Source: Polyangiales bacterium
Lineage (GTDB): Bacteria > Myxococcota_A > Polyangia > Polyangiales > Polyangiaceae
Direction: 5' to 3'
NCBI GenBank assembly: GCA_038231275.1
Contig: JBBRLQ010000007.1
Coordinates: 1-64,000 of the forward strand
Length of the DNA: 64,000 nt
Positions 1 to 8,775 of this stretch are shown here, in pieces. The notes beneath the pieces are model-generated. The model worked only from the letters and a program-made list of their open reading frames with translations, did no database searches and was not told the origin of the DNA. Within the stretch, counting starts at the first letter, position 1; the number at the start of each line of letters is the position of its first letter. Both the position numbers and the translations under genes were made by a program.

Positions 1-511
1 CGGCCTCACGATGTTTGCAGCGTTGGGCGACGCGCTCGACGGCGTCGTCGCGCGCGCGAGCGGCGAGGCGAGCGACGCAGGAGAGGTGCTCGACGCCGCG
101 ATCGATCGCTACATCGAGCTCGCCTTCATCGGGGGCCTCGCGTTCCACTTTCGCGAGCGCCCCGTCGCGCTCGTCCTCGCGCTCGGCGCGCTCGGCGGCT
201 CGTTCATGGTCAGCTATGCCACCGCGAAGGCCGAAGCGCTTCGCGTGAAGGCGCCGCGCGGCGCGATGAGGCGCACCGAGCGCGTCGTGTACTTGCTCGC
301 CGGCGTGGCGCTCGGGCCGCTCGTCGCCGCAGTCCCTGCCATCGCCGCGTGGGCCGACGTCCCCGCCCTCGCCGCGCTCGCGCTCGTCGCGGTGGTGGGC
401 AACGCGTCGGCGGTCCGTCGTCTCGCCGCCGTTGCGCGCGCCGTGAAGAAGCCGTCCCCCGAGAGGCTGGAGGCAGAGGCGCAAAAGGCCGAGGGGAGGA
501 TCGCGCCGTGA
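1..511 (+). CDS. CDP-alcohol phosphatidyltransferase family protein (5' end probably truncated by the window edge)
   Basis: Signature DxxDGxxAR...G...LD...DR is present (DALDGVVARASGEASDAGEVLDAAIDRY), followed by GSFMVSYATAKAE and RRTER as in PgsA/PIP synthase. Confidence 0.9.
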   Translation, partial: GLTMFAALGDALDGVVARASGEASDAGEVLDAAIDRYIELAFIGGLAFHFRERPVALVLALGALGGSFMVSYATAKAEALRVKAPRGAMRRTERVVYLLAGVALGPLVAAVPAIAAWADVPALAALALVAVVGNASAVRRLAAVARAVKKPSPERLEAEAQKAEGRIAP

Positions 512-897
512 TCGCCGCGCTCGGCCGTCACCAGGCCGGCGCGCTCGTCGCGACCGCCGTCGATTTCGGCGCGATGATCCTCCTCGTCGAGGCCGCGGGC
601 GTGAGCCCCGTCCTCGCCACCGCCGTCGGCGCGGCCTGCGGCGCGGTCACGAATTTCGCGATGAGCCGCGGCTGGATCTTCCCGAAACACGACGGCAACA
701 CCGCCGGGCAGGCCGGTCGGTACGCGGCCGTCAGCGCCGGCAGTCTCGCGCTCAACACCGCGGGAGAGGCGCTCGTCCACGGTGTCCTCGGCGTCCCGTA
801 CCTCCTCGCCCGCGCGATCGTCGCGGTGCTCGTGAGCGTCGCCTACAACTTCCCGCTCCATCGCGCGTTCGTGTTTCGAGATGCGAGGACTCCATGA
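508..897 (+). CDS. GtrA family membrane protein (putative lipid-linked sugar flippase)
   Basis: About four TM helices; NFAMSRGWIF and NFPLHRAFVF match the GtrA repeats. GTG start overlaps the upstream TGA (GTGA). Confidence 0.85.
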   Translation: MIAALGRHQAGALVATAVDFGAMILLVEAAGVSPVLATAVGAACGAVTNFAMSRGWIFPKHDGNTAGQAGRYAAVSAGSLALNTAGEALVHGVLGVPYLLARAIVAVLVSVAYNFPLHRAFVFRDARTP

Positions 898-2261
898 ACC
901 CGTCGCAGCCGAAAGATCAGCGCGTCCACCTCAAGATGCTCGTGCCGGGGCCGAAGAGCCGCGAGCTCCGCGCGCGTGAGGACGAGAACCTCGCGCCCGG
1001 CGTGCAGAACTACGCGCTCACCGCAGGAATCGCGGTCGATTACGCGCGCGGCAGCGCCATCACCGATGTCGACGGCAACACGTTCCTCGACTTCATCGGC
1101 GGCATCGCCGTCGCGGCGCTCGGCCACTCGCATCCGGTTTACACGAAGGCCCTCGCGACGCAGCTCGACAAAGTCACGGTCGGGTCGCTGACCAGCGAGG
1201 CGCGCGTCGATCTCGTCGGCCGCCTCGCCTCGCACGCGCCCTCGCCGGGGCTCACGAAGGTGCAGCTCTATTCGAGCGGCGCCGAGGCCGTGGAGAGTGC
1301 GCTTCGTCTCGCGAAGTCGCACACCGGCAAGCACGAGCTCGTGAGCTTCTGGGGCGGCTTCCACGGCAAGACGCTCGGCGCGTTGGCCCTCATGGGCTCG
1401 ACCTTCAAGGAGGGCCTCGGCCCGATGCCGGCCGGCACCCATCAGGTGCCGTACGCGGACTGCTACCGGTGCCCACTGAAGCTCGAGCACCCGTCGTGCG
1501 GCGTCGCATGCGTCGACGTCGCGAAGAAGCAGCTGAAGAACGCGTCTACCGGCGACATCGCCGCGGTCATCGTCGAGCCGATGCAAGGGACTGCCGGCAA
1601 CGTCATCCCGCCGGACGATTTCCTGCTCGCCGTGCGCCAGATGGCCGACGAGTTCGGCGCGCTCCTCATCGCCGACGAGATGATCACCGGCTTTGGGCGC
1701 ACTGGAAAATACTGGGGCACCGACCACTCCGGCGTTCGCCCCGACATCGTCACGATCGGAAAAGCGTTCGGCGGCGGCTTCCCGCTCACGGGCGTCGTCA
1801 CGACGGACGCGATCGCAAAGAGCAAGCCGTGGTCGAACCCCTCGGGCTCGTCGTCGAGCTACGGTGGCAACCCGCTCGCCGCCGCCGCCGGCGCCGCCGC
1901 GCTCAAGATCATCGACGACGAGAAGCTCGTCGACAACGCGCGCATCGTCGGCGAGGCGCTCCTCGGCATGCTGCGCCCGTTCGTGGACGATTTTCCCTTC
2001 GTCGGCGAGGTGCGCGGCCGCGGGATGATGCTCGCGATCGAGCTCGTGAAGGACAAGAAGACGAAGGAGCCGGTCTCCACCGCCGTCGCGCGCCGATTCT
2101 ACGACGCGTGCGTCCAGCGCGGCCTCCTCACGATGGCGTATGCGCCGCGCGTGCGCCTCCAGCCTTCGCTCACGCTGGACGTCGCCACCGCCAAGAACGG
2201 CGTCGAGATCCTTCGCGAGGTGTTCGTGCGCGCGCGAGAGGAGAAGTGGTGGCTCCTCTAG
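894..2261 (+). CDS. Class-III PLP-dependent aminotransferase (GabT/ArgD-like)
   Basis: Motifs SGAEAVE, FHGKT, EPMQG, DEMITGFGRTG, DIVTIGKAFGGG (PLP Lys) and YGGNP. Confidence 0.95.
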   Translation: MNPSQPKDQRVHLKMLVPGPKSRELRAREDENLAPGVQNYALTAGIAVDYARGSAITDVDGNTFLDFIGGIAVAALGHSHPVYTKALATQLDKVTVGSLTSEARVDLVGRLASHAPSPGLTKVQLYSSGAEAVESALRLAKSHTGKHELVSFWGGFHGKTLGALALMGSTFKEGLGPMPAGTHQVPYADCYRCPLKLEHPSCGVACVDVAKKQLKNASTGDIAAVIVEPMQGTAGNVIPPDDFLLAVRQMADEFGALLIADEMITGFGRTGKYWGTDHSGVRPDIVTIGKAFGGGFPLTGVVTTDAIAKSKPWSNPSGSSSSYGGNPLAAAAGAAALKIIDDEKLVDNARIVGEALLGMLRPFVDDFPFVGEVRGRGMMLAIELVKDKKTKEPVSTAVARRFYDACVQRGLLTMAYAPRVRLQPSLTLDVATAKNGVEILREVFVRAREEKWWLL

Positions 2262-3235
2262 CTCCACCCGGACCCGTGGCGCGCGTCGCCCTTCACGTGC
2301 GGCGCCTGTGGCCGAGCGGCGGCGCGTGGCTGCCGCTGCCGTTCGTGGCGTGGCCGCTCTTTTGCTTGCTCATCGGCGAGCAGCGCGGCGAGCACCTCGC
2401 GTTCGCGCTGCTCGTTCCCGCGCTCGCGTACGCGACGCCGCAGACCAAGCGCCTCTTCGTGGGCCTCCTCCCGTTCGGCCTCCTCGGCCTCGTCTACGAC
2501 ACGATGCGCTACGTGAAGGACATCGGTGTCACCCCGTCGCGTGTTCATGTTTGTGATTTGCGGGCGATCGACGCGCGCTTCTTCGGCGTGGGCGACGGCA
2601 CGCTCCAGGACTACTTCCAGGCGCACGCGTCGCCGTGGCTCGATCGCATCTGCGCGATTCCGTACGGCACGTTCATCTACGTGTCGCTCGCCGTCGCGGT
2701 GTGGCTCTACGTCAAGGACTACGAGGGGCTCCGCCGCTTCGGGTGGACGTTCCTCCTCGTGAACCTCGCCGGCTTCGTCACCTACCACGTCTATCCGGCC
2801 GCGCCGCCGTGGTACTTCCACGCGCACGGGTGCGCCGTCGACATGGCGACCCACGCGAGCGAAGGCCCCAACCTCGCGCGCGTCGACGCGTGGCTCGGCG
2901 TGAAGTATTTCGCGGGTTTTTATGGCCGATCGAGCGATGTCTTCGGCGCGGTGCCGTCGCTCCACGTCGCATATCCACTCCTCAATCTCGTGTTCGGCTG
3001 GAGGCATTGGCGCGTGCCGGGGCGCGCGCTCGCGGCGGGCTTCTTCCTCTTGATGGCGTTCTCGGCGGTCTACCTTGATCACCACTGGGTCGTCGACGTG
3101 CTCGTGGGCATCGTCTACACGCTCGGCGTCGAGCGCGCGGTGCGCTGGTTCTGGACACGCCGTGACGCGCGCTCGCGCGACGCCGCCGCCACGTCGGCCA
3201 CGCCGAGCCGCGCGCTCGTGGGAGGTGCCGGATGA
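2249..3235 (+). CDS. Inositol phosphorylceramide synthase-like (AUR1/PAP2_3) membrane phosphotransferase
   Basis: YPAAPPWY, FGAVPSLH and YLDHHWVVDVLVG match the AUR1/IPC synthase motifs. GTG start (2246 or 2249) follows GAGGAG. Confidence 0.85.
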   Translation: MAPLAPPGPVARVALHVRRLWPSGGAWLPLPFVAWPLFCLLIGEQRGEHLAFALLVPALAYATPQTKRLFVGLLPFGLLGLVYDTMRYVKDIGVTPSRVHVCDLRAIDARFFGVGDGTLQDYFQAHASPWLDRICAIPYGTFIYVSLAVAVWLYVKDYEGLRRFGWTFLLVNLAGFVTYHVYPAAPPWYFHAHGCAVDMATHASEGPNLARVDAWLGVKYFAGFYGRSSDVFGAVPSLHVAYPLLNLVFGWRHWRVPGRALAAGFFLLMAFSAVYLDHHWVVDVLVGIVYTLGVERAVRWFWTRRDARSRDAAATSATPSRALVGGAG

Positions 3236-3696
3236 CGCGCGCCGGTCGCTTCGCCGCGTACGGATTCGCCACATGGTTCGGGTGCGGCTTCGTCCCGCTC
3301 GCGCCAGGCACCGCCGGCACGCTCGGCGCGATCCCGCTGTACCTTCTGCTTCGTCCCTACGGGCCGGTGCCGATCCTCGCGGTCGCCGCGATCCTGTCGG
3401 TCATCGGCGCGTACGCCGCGACGCGCATCGTCCGCGATCGTCACGACGACGATCCGCAGATCGTGGTCGTGGACGAGGTCGCGGGGGTCCTCGTCACGCT
3501 CGCCGCCGCGCCGCCGACGTGGGCCGCGCTCGCCGTCGGCTTCGTCGCGTTCCGCGTCTTCGATCAATTCAAGCCTTGGCCCGCCCGCGCCGCCGAGCAC
3601 CTTCCCGAAGGATGGGGCGTCATCTGCGACGATCTCGTCGCCGGCGTCTATGGCGCGGCGGTCGTCGGCGCCTTGCGAATCGCAGGTGTCCTTTGA
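3232..3696 (+). CDS. pgpA: Phosphatidylglycerophosphatase A family protein
   Basis: Motifs APGTAGTL, DDPQIVVVDEVAG, FRVFDQFKPWP and GWGVICDDLVAG. Confidence 0.92.
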   Translation: MTRAGRFAAYGFATWFGCGFVPLAPGTAGTLGAIPLYLLLRPYGPVPILAVAAILSVIGAYAATRIVRDRHDDDPQIVVVDEVAGVLVTLAAAPPTWAALAVGFVAFRVFDQFKPWPARAAEHLPEGWGVICDDLVAGVYGAAVVGALRIAGVL

Positions 3697-6173
3697 ACGC
3701 GCGGTCCTTCGTCGCCTGGACCCTCCGCCACGGCCGCGCGTTGTGGATCGTCGCGCTCCTCCTCGCCATTCCGTCCGCGTGGCGAACCGCGTCGATGTAC
3801 ATCCACCTCAAGAGCGACATCGAAGCGCTCTTGCCGCGCGAGTCGACCAGCGTGAAGGCCATCGAGGAGCTGCGCTCTCGCATGGACGGCCTCATGTATC
3901 TAGGCGTCGTGGTCGACGTCGGCGACGAGGCCCACCTGAAGGACGGCGATCGCTTCGTCGACGATCTCGCCGCAAAAATCCGCGCATACCCGCCCGAGAT
4001 GGCGCGCGCGGTGCGGACCGGCAGCAGTGAAGAGCGCGCGTTCTTGGAGAAGCACGCGCCGCTCTACGTCGACACCAAGGACTTGCAGGAGATCAAGAAG
4101 CGCATCGAGGCGCGCCGCGACTGGGAGGCCTCGCGCGAGACCGGCGCGCTCCTCGACGACGACGGCCCTCCGCCTGCGCTCGACTTCAAGGACATCGAAG
4201 AAAAGTACAAGACGAAGCTCCCCAGCCACGGCGGCGCGGACGACGGCGACGCGCGCTGGTCGAGCAAGAAGCTCCACCTGACGATGCTTCTCATCGAGGT
4301 CGGCTCGAGCTTCTCGGCGGGCGCAGGCTCGGCGAACGATCTCCTCGCGCGCGTCCAGGACGACGTCAAGGCGCTCGATCCGAGCCGGTACGCGCCGGGC
4401 ATGAAGGTCGGCTACTCCGGCGACGTCGCGATCAGCGTGGAGGAGACGTCCGCGCTCCTCTCGGATCTTTCGCTCTCCAGCGTGGTCGTCATGGTCGCGG
4501 TCGTCGCGGTCATCCTCCTCTACTTCCGGTGGACGCGCAGCGTGGTCATCCTCGTCCCGCCGCTCCTCCTGGCGACGCTCTACGCGTTCGCGCTCGCGTC
4601 GCTGCCGCCGCTCAACGTCACCGAGCTCAACTCGAATACCGCATTTTTGGGCTCGATCATCGTCGGAAACGGGATCAACTTCGGCATCGTGCTCCTCGCG
4701 CGGTACGTCGAGGAGCGCCGCGGCGGTCGCGCAGTCGAGGATGCGCTCGTGATGGCGGTGGGCGGCGCGCGCGTCGGGACGTTCTCGGCGGCGCTCGCGG
4801 CGGGCGTCTCGTACGCGTCGCTCGCGCTCACGCAGTTCCGCGGCTTTCGGCAGTTCGGCTTCATCGGCGGCATCGGGATGGTCATGTCGTGGGCCGTCGC
4901 GTTCGTGCTCATGCCGCCGCTGATTCGCTGGCTCGATCGCGGCGGAAAGACCGCGCCGCAGCCCGTCGACGAGAAGGCGCGCCTCATGACGTGGGTCGCC
5001 GGCGCGGTGGATCGCTTCAAGGTCCCGGTCGTCGCGGTCGGCGTGGTGCTCACGATCGCCGCCGGGCTCACGGTGCGTCACTTCGACATGTCGCACCTCG
5101 AGTACGACTTCTCGAAGCTGCGCCGCGCGGACACATGGGCGAGCGGCGAGGGCTACTGGGGCGGCAAGATGGACGAGCTGCTCGGCGAGTACCTGACGCC
5201 GACGGTGATCCTCGCCGACTCCCCGGAGGCCGCCGCCGCCGTCGCGCTCCGTGTCCGCGAGGCCGCCAAGCGCCCGCCGCTCGATGAGGCCATCTCGCTG
5301 GTTCGCACACTCGACGACGTGTTCCCCGGCGATCAGGCCGCAAAGATCGACGAAGCGTCCCAGATCCGCGACGACATGACGCCGAAGATCCGCTCGCTCA
5401 TCGCGCCCGAGAAGCGCGCGGACGTGGATCGCCTCCTCGGCACGGAGGACCAGACCGCGATCACCGTCGCCGATCTCCCGCGGACGTTCACGACGGCGCT
5501 GCGCGAGAAGAGCGGGCGCATGGGCAGCGCCGTGCTCGTTTACCCGCGTCCGTCGAAGGCGCTGTGGCAAGGGCCGTCGCTCGTCGCGTTCGTGCAAGCG
5601 CTCCGCGCGGAAGCGGGGGACGCGCGGGTGGCCGGTTCGCTCCCGCTCTCCGCGGACATCGTCGCGTCGATTCAGCGCGACGGTCCGATCGCGAGCGGCG
5701 CAGCGTTCGGGGGCGTGGTCCTCGCCGTGCTCCTCTTGTTCCGCTTCCGATCCACGACCGTCATGGTCGTCTCGGCGCTCACCGTCGGGGTGCTCCTTCT
5801 TGCGGGAGCGGTGAGTTGGCTCGGCGTGAAAATCAACTTCGCGAATTTCATCGCGTTCCCGATCACGTTCGGCATCGGCGTCGACTACGCGGTCAACATC
5901 GTCAGCCGCTATGAAGAGGACGGACGTCGCGACATCCTCGCGGCGGTCCGCTCGACGGGCAGCGCGGTAGGGCTGTGCTCTCTCACGACGATCATCGGCT
6001 ACTCCTCGCTGCTCCTCGCGGAAAATCGCGCACTCTTCCTGTTCGGCCTGGTCGCGGTGCTGGGCGAGATCGCGTGCTTGTCGGTCGCCGTCACGCTGCT
6101 CCCGGCGACGCTTTTGGTTTTGAAGGGACGCGGTACGGCCTTGCTTCCGGCCGCGTCGAAGAGGCCGTCATGA
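3693..6173 (+). CDS. MMPL/RND family lipid exporter
   Basis: Two repeats of TM + large periplasmic loop + 5 TM, with GNGINFGIVLLARYVEE and GIGVDYAVNIVSRYEE. TTG start overlaps the pgpA stop. Confidence 0.88.
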   Translation: MNARSFVAWTLRHGRALWIVALLLAIPSAWRTASMYIHLKSDIEALLPRESTSVKAIEELRSRMDGLMYLGVVVDVGDEAHLKDGDRFVDDLAAKIRAYPPEMARAVRTGSSEERAFLEKHAPLYVDTKDLQEIKKRIEARRDWEASRETGALLDDDGPPPALDFKDIEEKYKTKLPSHGGADDGDARWSSKKLHLTMLLIEVGSSFSAGAGSANDLLARVQDDVKALDPSRYAPGMKVGYSGDVAISVEETSALLSDLSLSSVVVMVAVVAVILLYFRWTRSVVILVPPLLLATLYAFALASLPPLNVTELNSNTAFLGSIIVGNGINFGIVLLARYVEERRGGRAVEDALVMAVGGARVGTFSAALAAGVSYASLALTQFRGFRQFGFIGGIGMVMSWAVAFVLMPPLIRWLDRGGKTAPQPVDEKARLMTWVAGAVDRFKVPVVAVGVVLTIAAGLTVRHFDMSHLEYDFSKLRRADTWASGEGYWGGKMDELLGEYLTPTVILADSPEAAAAVALRVREAAKRPPLDEAISLVRTLDDVFPGDQAAKIDEASQIRDDMTPKIRSLIAPEKRADVDRLLGTEDQTAITVADLPRTFTTALREKSGRMGSAVLVYPRPSKALWQGPSLVAFVQALRAEAGDARVAGSLPLSADIVASIQRDGPIASGAAFGGVVLAVLLLFRFRSTTVMVVSALTVGVLLLAGAVSWLGVKINFANFIAFPITFGIGVDYAVNIVSRYEEDGRRDILAAVRSTGSAVGLCSLTTIIGYSSLLLAENRALFLFGLVAVLGEIACLSVAVTLLPATLLVLKGRGTALLPAASKRPS

Positions 6174-6874
6174 ACCGGACCGCGCTCGTCTTGGCTCCTC
6201 TACTTCTCGTGGCGCTCGCCCTCGTCCTCCTCGAACCTGGAGCGCGCGCGGACGCGCCTCCTCAGGCGCTATCGCTGCCGCGCGTCGTGTGGTCGGAGCA
6301 TTTCACCGGATCGCTCGACTGGCTCGATCCCTTCGACCACGGTAAGGACAAGCTCGCGCGCGTCTACTCGGTGCAGCGCGAGGACGGCCAGACGTTCCTC
6401 CGCGCGAGCCACGACTACACAGCCGGCTCGACGCCCCCGGCGATGCACTACGGTCACGCGTTCGTGCGCGGCGCGACGCCGCTCGAGGACGTGAAGGCGC
6501 TCACGTGGAAGTGGCGCGCGCGCAAGCATCCGCCCGTGAAGAGCGACGCGTGGGACGACATGGCGGGGGGCGTGTACGTCGTCATCAAGCAGCCGTCGCT
6601 TCTGGTGGGCGGCAAGGGCTTCAAGTTCGGCTGGCTCGCCAAAGGCGGCGAGAAGGGGACGCACCAGCACGGCCTCCTCCAGGTCGAGCTCCGGCACGAC
6701 GCGGCCGCGGACGTGTGGCGGTACGAGGCCGTCGACCTGTGCGGCCTCTTTCGGCAGGAATACGGCCCGTGCGAGGGCCAGAAGGTCCTCTACATCGGGG
6801 TCGTCACCGACGCGGACGGGACCCGGTCGGTCTCCGAGGCGGACTACGCCGATTTCGAGCTCCTGGCGAAGTAA
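6170..6874 (+). CDS. Exported DUF3047-like protein
   Basis: Signal peptide, then LTWKWR...DDMAGGVYV, WRYEAVDL and IGVVTDADGT...ADYADF resembling DUF3047. ATGA overlap with the MMPL gene. Confidence 0.7.
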   Translation: MNRTALVLAPLLLVALALVLLEPGARADAPPQALSLPRVVWSEHFTGSLDWLDPFDHGKDKLARVYSVQREDGQTFLRASHDYTAGSTPPAMHYGHAFVRGATPLEDVKALTWKWRARKHPPVKSDAWDDMAGGVYVVIKQPSLLVGGKGFKFGWLAKGGEKGTHQHGLLQVELRHDAAADVWRYEAVDLCGLFRQEYGPCEGQKVLYIGVVTDADGTRSVSEADYADFELLAK

Positions 6875-7041
6875 ACGCCGCAAAAATCGCCCCGGGGAAC
6901 CGCCCCCTTAGGGGAGCCTTGCCAGAGCGCGCTTCGGCGTTGCCTTGGAGCCCCGGATGGGTGACGCTCATCCTTGGTGACCACGGGCGGGGAGGGCGGT
7001 AGCATCGAGGACTACACGATTCGTCCGCGCGGCTCCAAGAC

Positions 7042-8757
7042 ATGACCGACACGTCGCGAAGCAACATTCCCCCGATTGGTCACGGCACGGTCATCAACGA
7101 CCGGTACGAGATCCGTCAGAGCCTCGGCAAGGGGGGCATGGGCGAGGTGTTCCTCGCGTACGACCGCACGACGCAGCAGCCGGTCGCGCTGAAGATCGTT
7201 CGCGAAGAGTCGCGCATGCCGGGGGACGACGAGGCGCTCCGCCAAGAGCTCCTGCACGCCCGCTCGGTGAGCCACCCGAACGTGTGCCGTGTGCACGATC
7301 TCGCGCCCAGCATCTACGGCCCGATCCTCGTGATGGAGCACATCACCGGGCAGACCCTCCACACGCACATCCGTCGGAAGAAGGCCCAGGGCGGCTACAC
7401 GTCCGACGAGTTTCGCCGAATCGCGAGCGACGTTTGCGGCGGCGTGGCGGCCATTCATGCGCAGGGTCTCGTGCATGGGGACTTGAAGCCCGGCAACGTC
7501 ATGGTCACGAGCGATCCGAACGGCGGGCTCGGGAAGGCCATCGTGCTGGACTTCGGTTTCGCGAAGGAGCGCGCACGCGCGAGCGCTCGACGGCCCGGCG
7601 CGCCTCCCGACGGCGGCACCCCGAACTACATGGCGCCGGAGCGCATTCGCTCCGGCGGCGCCTCGCAAGAAGACGACGTCTACGCGCTCGGCCTGACGCT
7701 CTGGGAAATGTGGACCTGCCGCGTCCCCGAGCCGGGCAGCAAGCCGCGCGCGAAGCCGATGCGGCAGCAGATCATGTTCGACGTGCCGGCCGGGCTGTCG
7801 ATCGACGAGATCAAGCAGATCTTCCGCTGCCTCGCCGACGAGCCCGCGCAGCGCCTCCCCGCGCGTCACCTCCGCTTCTTCAACCCCGCGACGCTGACGA
7901 CCAACCCGGTGCAGGTCGCGCGCGAGCGGCTGGATCCAGGGCCGCCGCCGGGGCGCAACGCGGCGACGACGTTCACGCCGGCGAGCCAGTCCCTCCTGGC
8001 GACGTTCGCGACCAACGCGCCCGAGTACGTCGGCGAGCTCATCAGCCTCGACAAGCCGTCGCTCACGATCGGTCGCCGTACGGACAACGACATCTGCGTC
8101 CCCGAGGCGACCGCGAGCGGCCAGCACGTCCAGTGCCGCTGGCAGAGCGGCACCTGGGTCGTCGAGGACACCGGCTCCACCAACGGCACCTACGTCGATC
8201 ACACCTACGAGCGCCGGAAGACCGTCAACCTGATGCACGGCGGCGAGGTTCAGCTCGGCGAGCTCCGCTACAAGATGGTGAGCTTCCCGCGCGACAGCGC
8301 CGGGCACAAGCGCGCAAAGGCGTACCTCTCGAAGCGCGACGGCCTCACCGGCCTCCTCCTCCGCGATCACACGCTGAAGGCGCTCGAGGACGAGGCGCAG
8401 TTCGCCGAGTGGGTCGACGCGCCGTTCACCATGGCGCGCTACGAGCTGCGCGGCCCCAACCGCCTCGTCTCCGATCGCCCCACGATCCTCGAGATGCTCG
8501 CCTTCCGTCGCGCGGCGATCCGCGTCGTCGAGCTGACCGACATGCTCCTCCTCAGCCTCATCGCCGCGACCGCCGGCAAGACCGGGCCGCTTCGCTTCGT
8601 CGTCGGCATGGTCGGTCCCGGCGCGCAGGAAGCGCGGAACCTCGTCGAGCAGATCGTCGGCCAGGTGCAGGGCATGCTTCCCGACGGGCTCGACTTGGTG
8701 GCGTCGATCGCCCGGTACGAGCCAGGCGCGAGCGTGCGCGCGCTCATCGATCCGTGA
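7042..8757 (+). CDS. Ser/Thr protein kinase with FHA domain and degenerate GGDEF-like C-terminus
   Basis: Kinase motifs GKGGMGEV, VALK, HGDLKPGN, DFG and GTPNYMAPE; FHA motifs IGR...SGQH...STNGT; C-terminal RDGLTGL. Confidence 0.9.
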   Translation: MTDTSRSNIPPIGHGTVINDRYEIRQSLGKGGMGEVFLAYDRTTQQPVALKIVREESRMPGDDEALRQELLHARSVSHPNVCRVHDLAPSIYGPILVMEHITGQTLHTHIRRKKAQGGYTSDEFRRIASDVCGGVAAIHAQGLVHGDLKPGNVMVTSDPNGGLGKAIVLDFGFAKERARASARRPGAPPDGGTPNYMAPERIRSGGASQEDDVYALGLTLWEMWTCRVPEPGSKPRAKPMRQQIMFDVPAGLSIDEIKQIFRCLADEPAQRLPARHLRFFNPATLTTNPVQVARERLDPGPPPGRNAATTFTPASQSLLATFATNAPEYVGELISLDKPSLTIGRRTDNDICVPEATASGQHVQCRWQSGTWVVEDTGSTNGTYVDHTYERRKTVNLMHGGEVQLGELRYKMVSFPRDSAGHKRAKAYLSKRDGLTGLLLRDHTLKALEDEAQFAEWVDAPFTMARYELRGPNRLVSDRPTILEMLAFRRAAIRVVELTDMLLLSLIAATAGKTGPLRFVVGMVGPGAQEARNLVEQIVGQVQGMLPDGLDLVASIARYEPGASVRALIDP

Positions 8758-8775
8758 TAATGCGGCGGGGCAGAG

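Noticed and set aside
894-6173. Hopanoid hpnO/hpnN cluster
   Set aside because: The families are similar, but no squalene-hopene cyclase or other hpn genes are in the window and the neighbours are phospholipid enzymes. The region upstream of the window is unseen, so this is not fully excluded.
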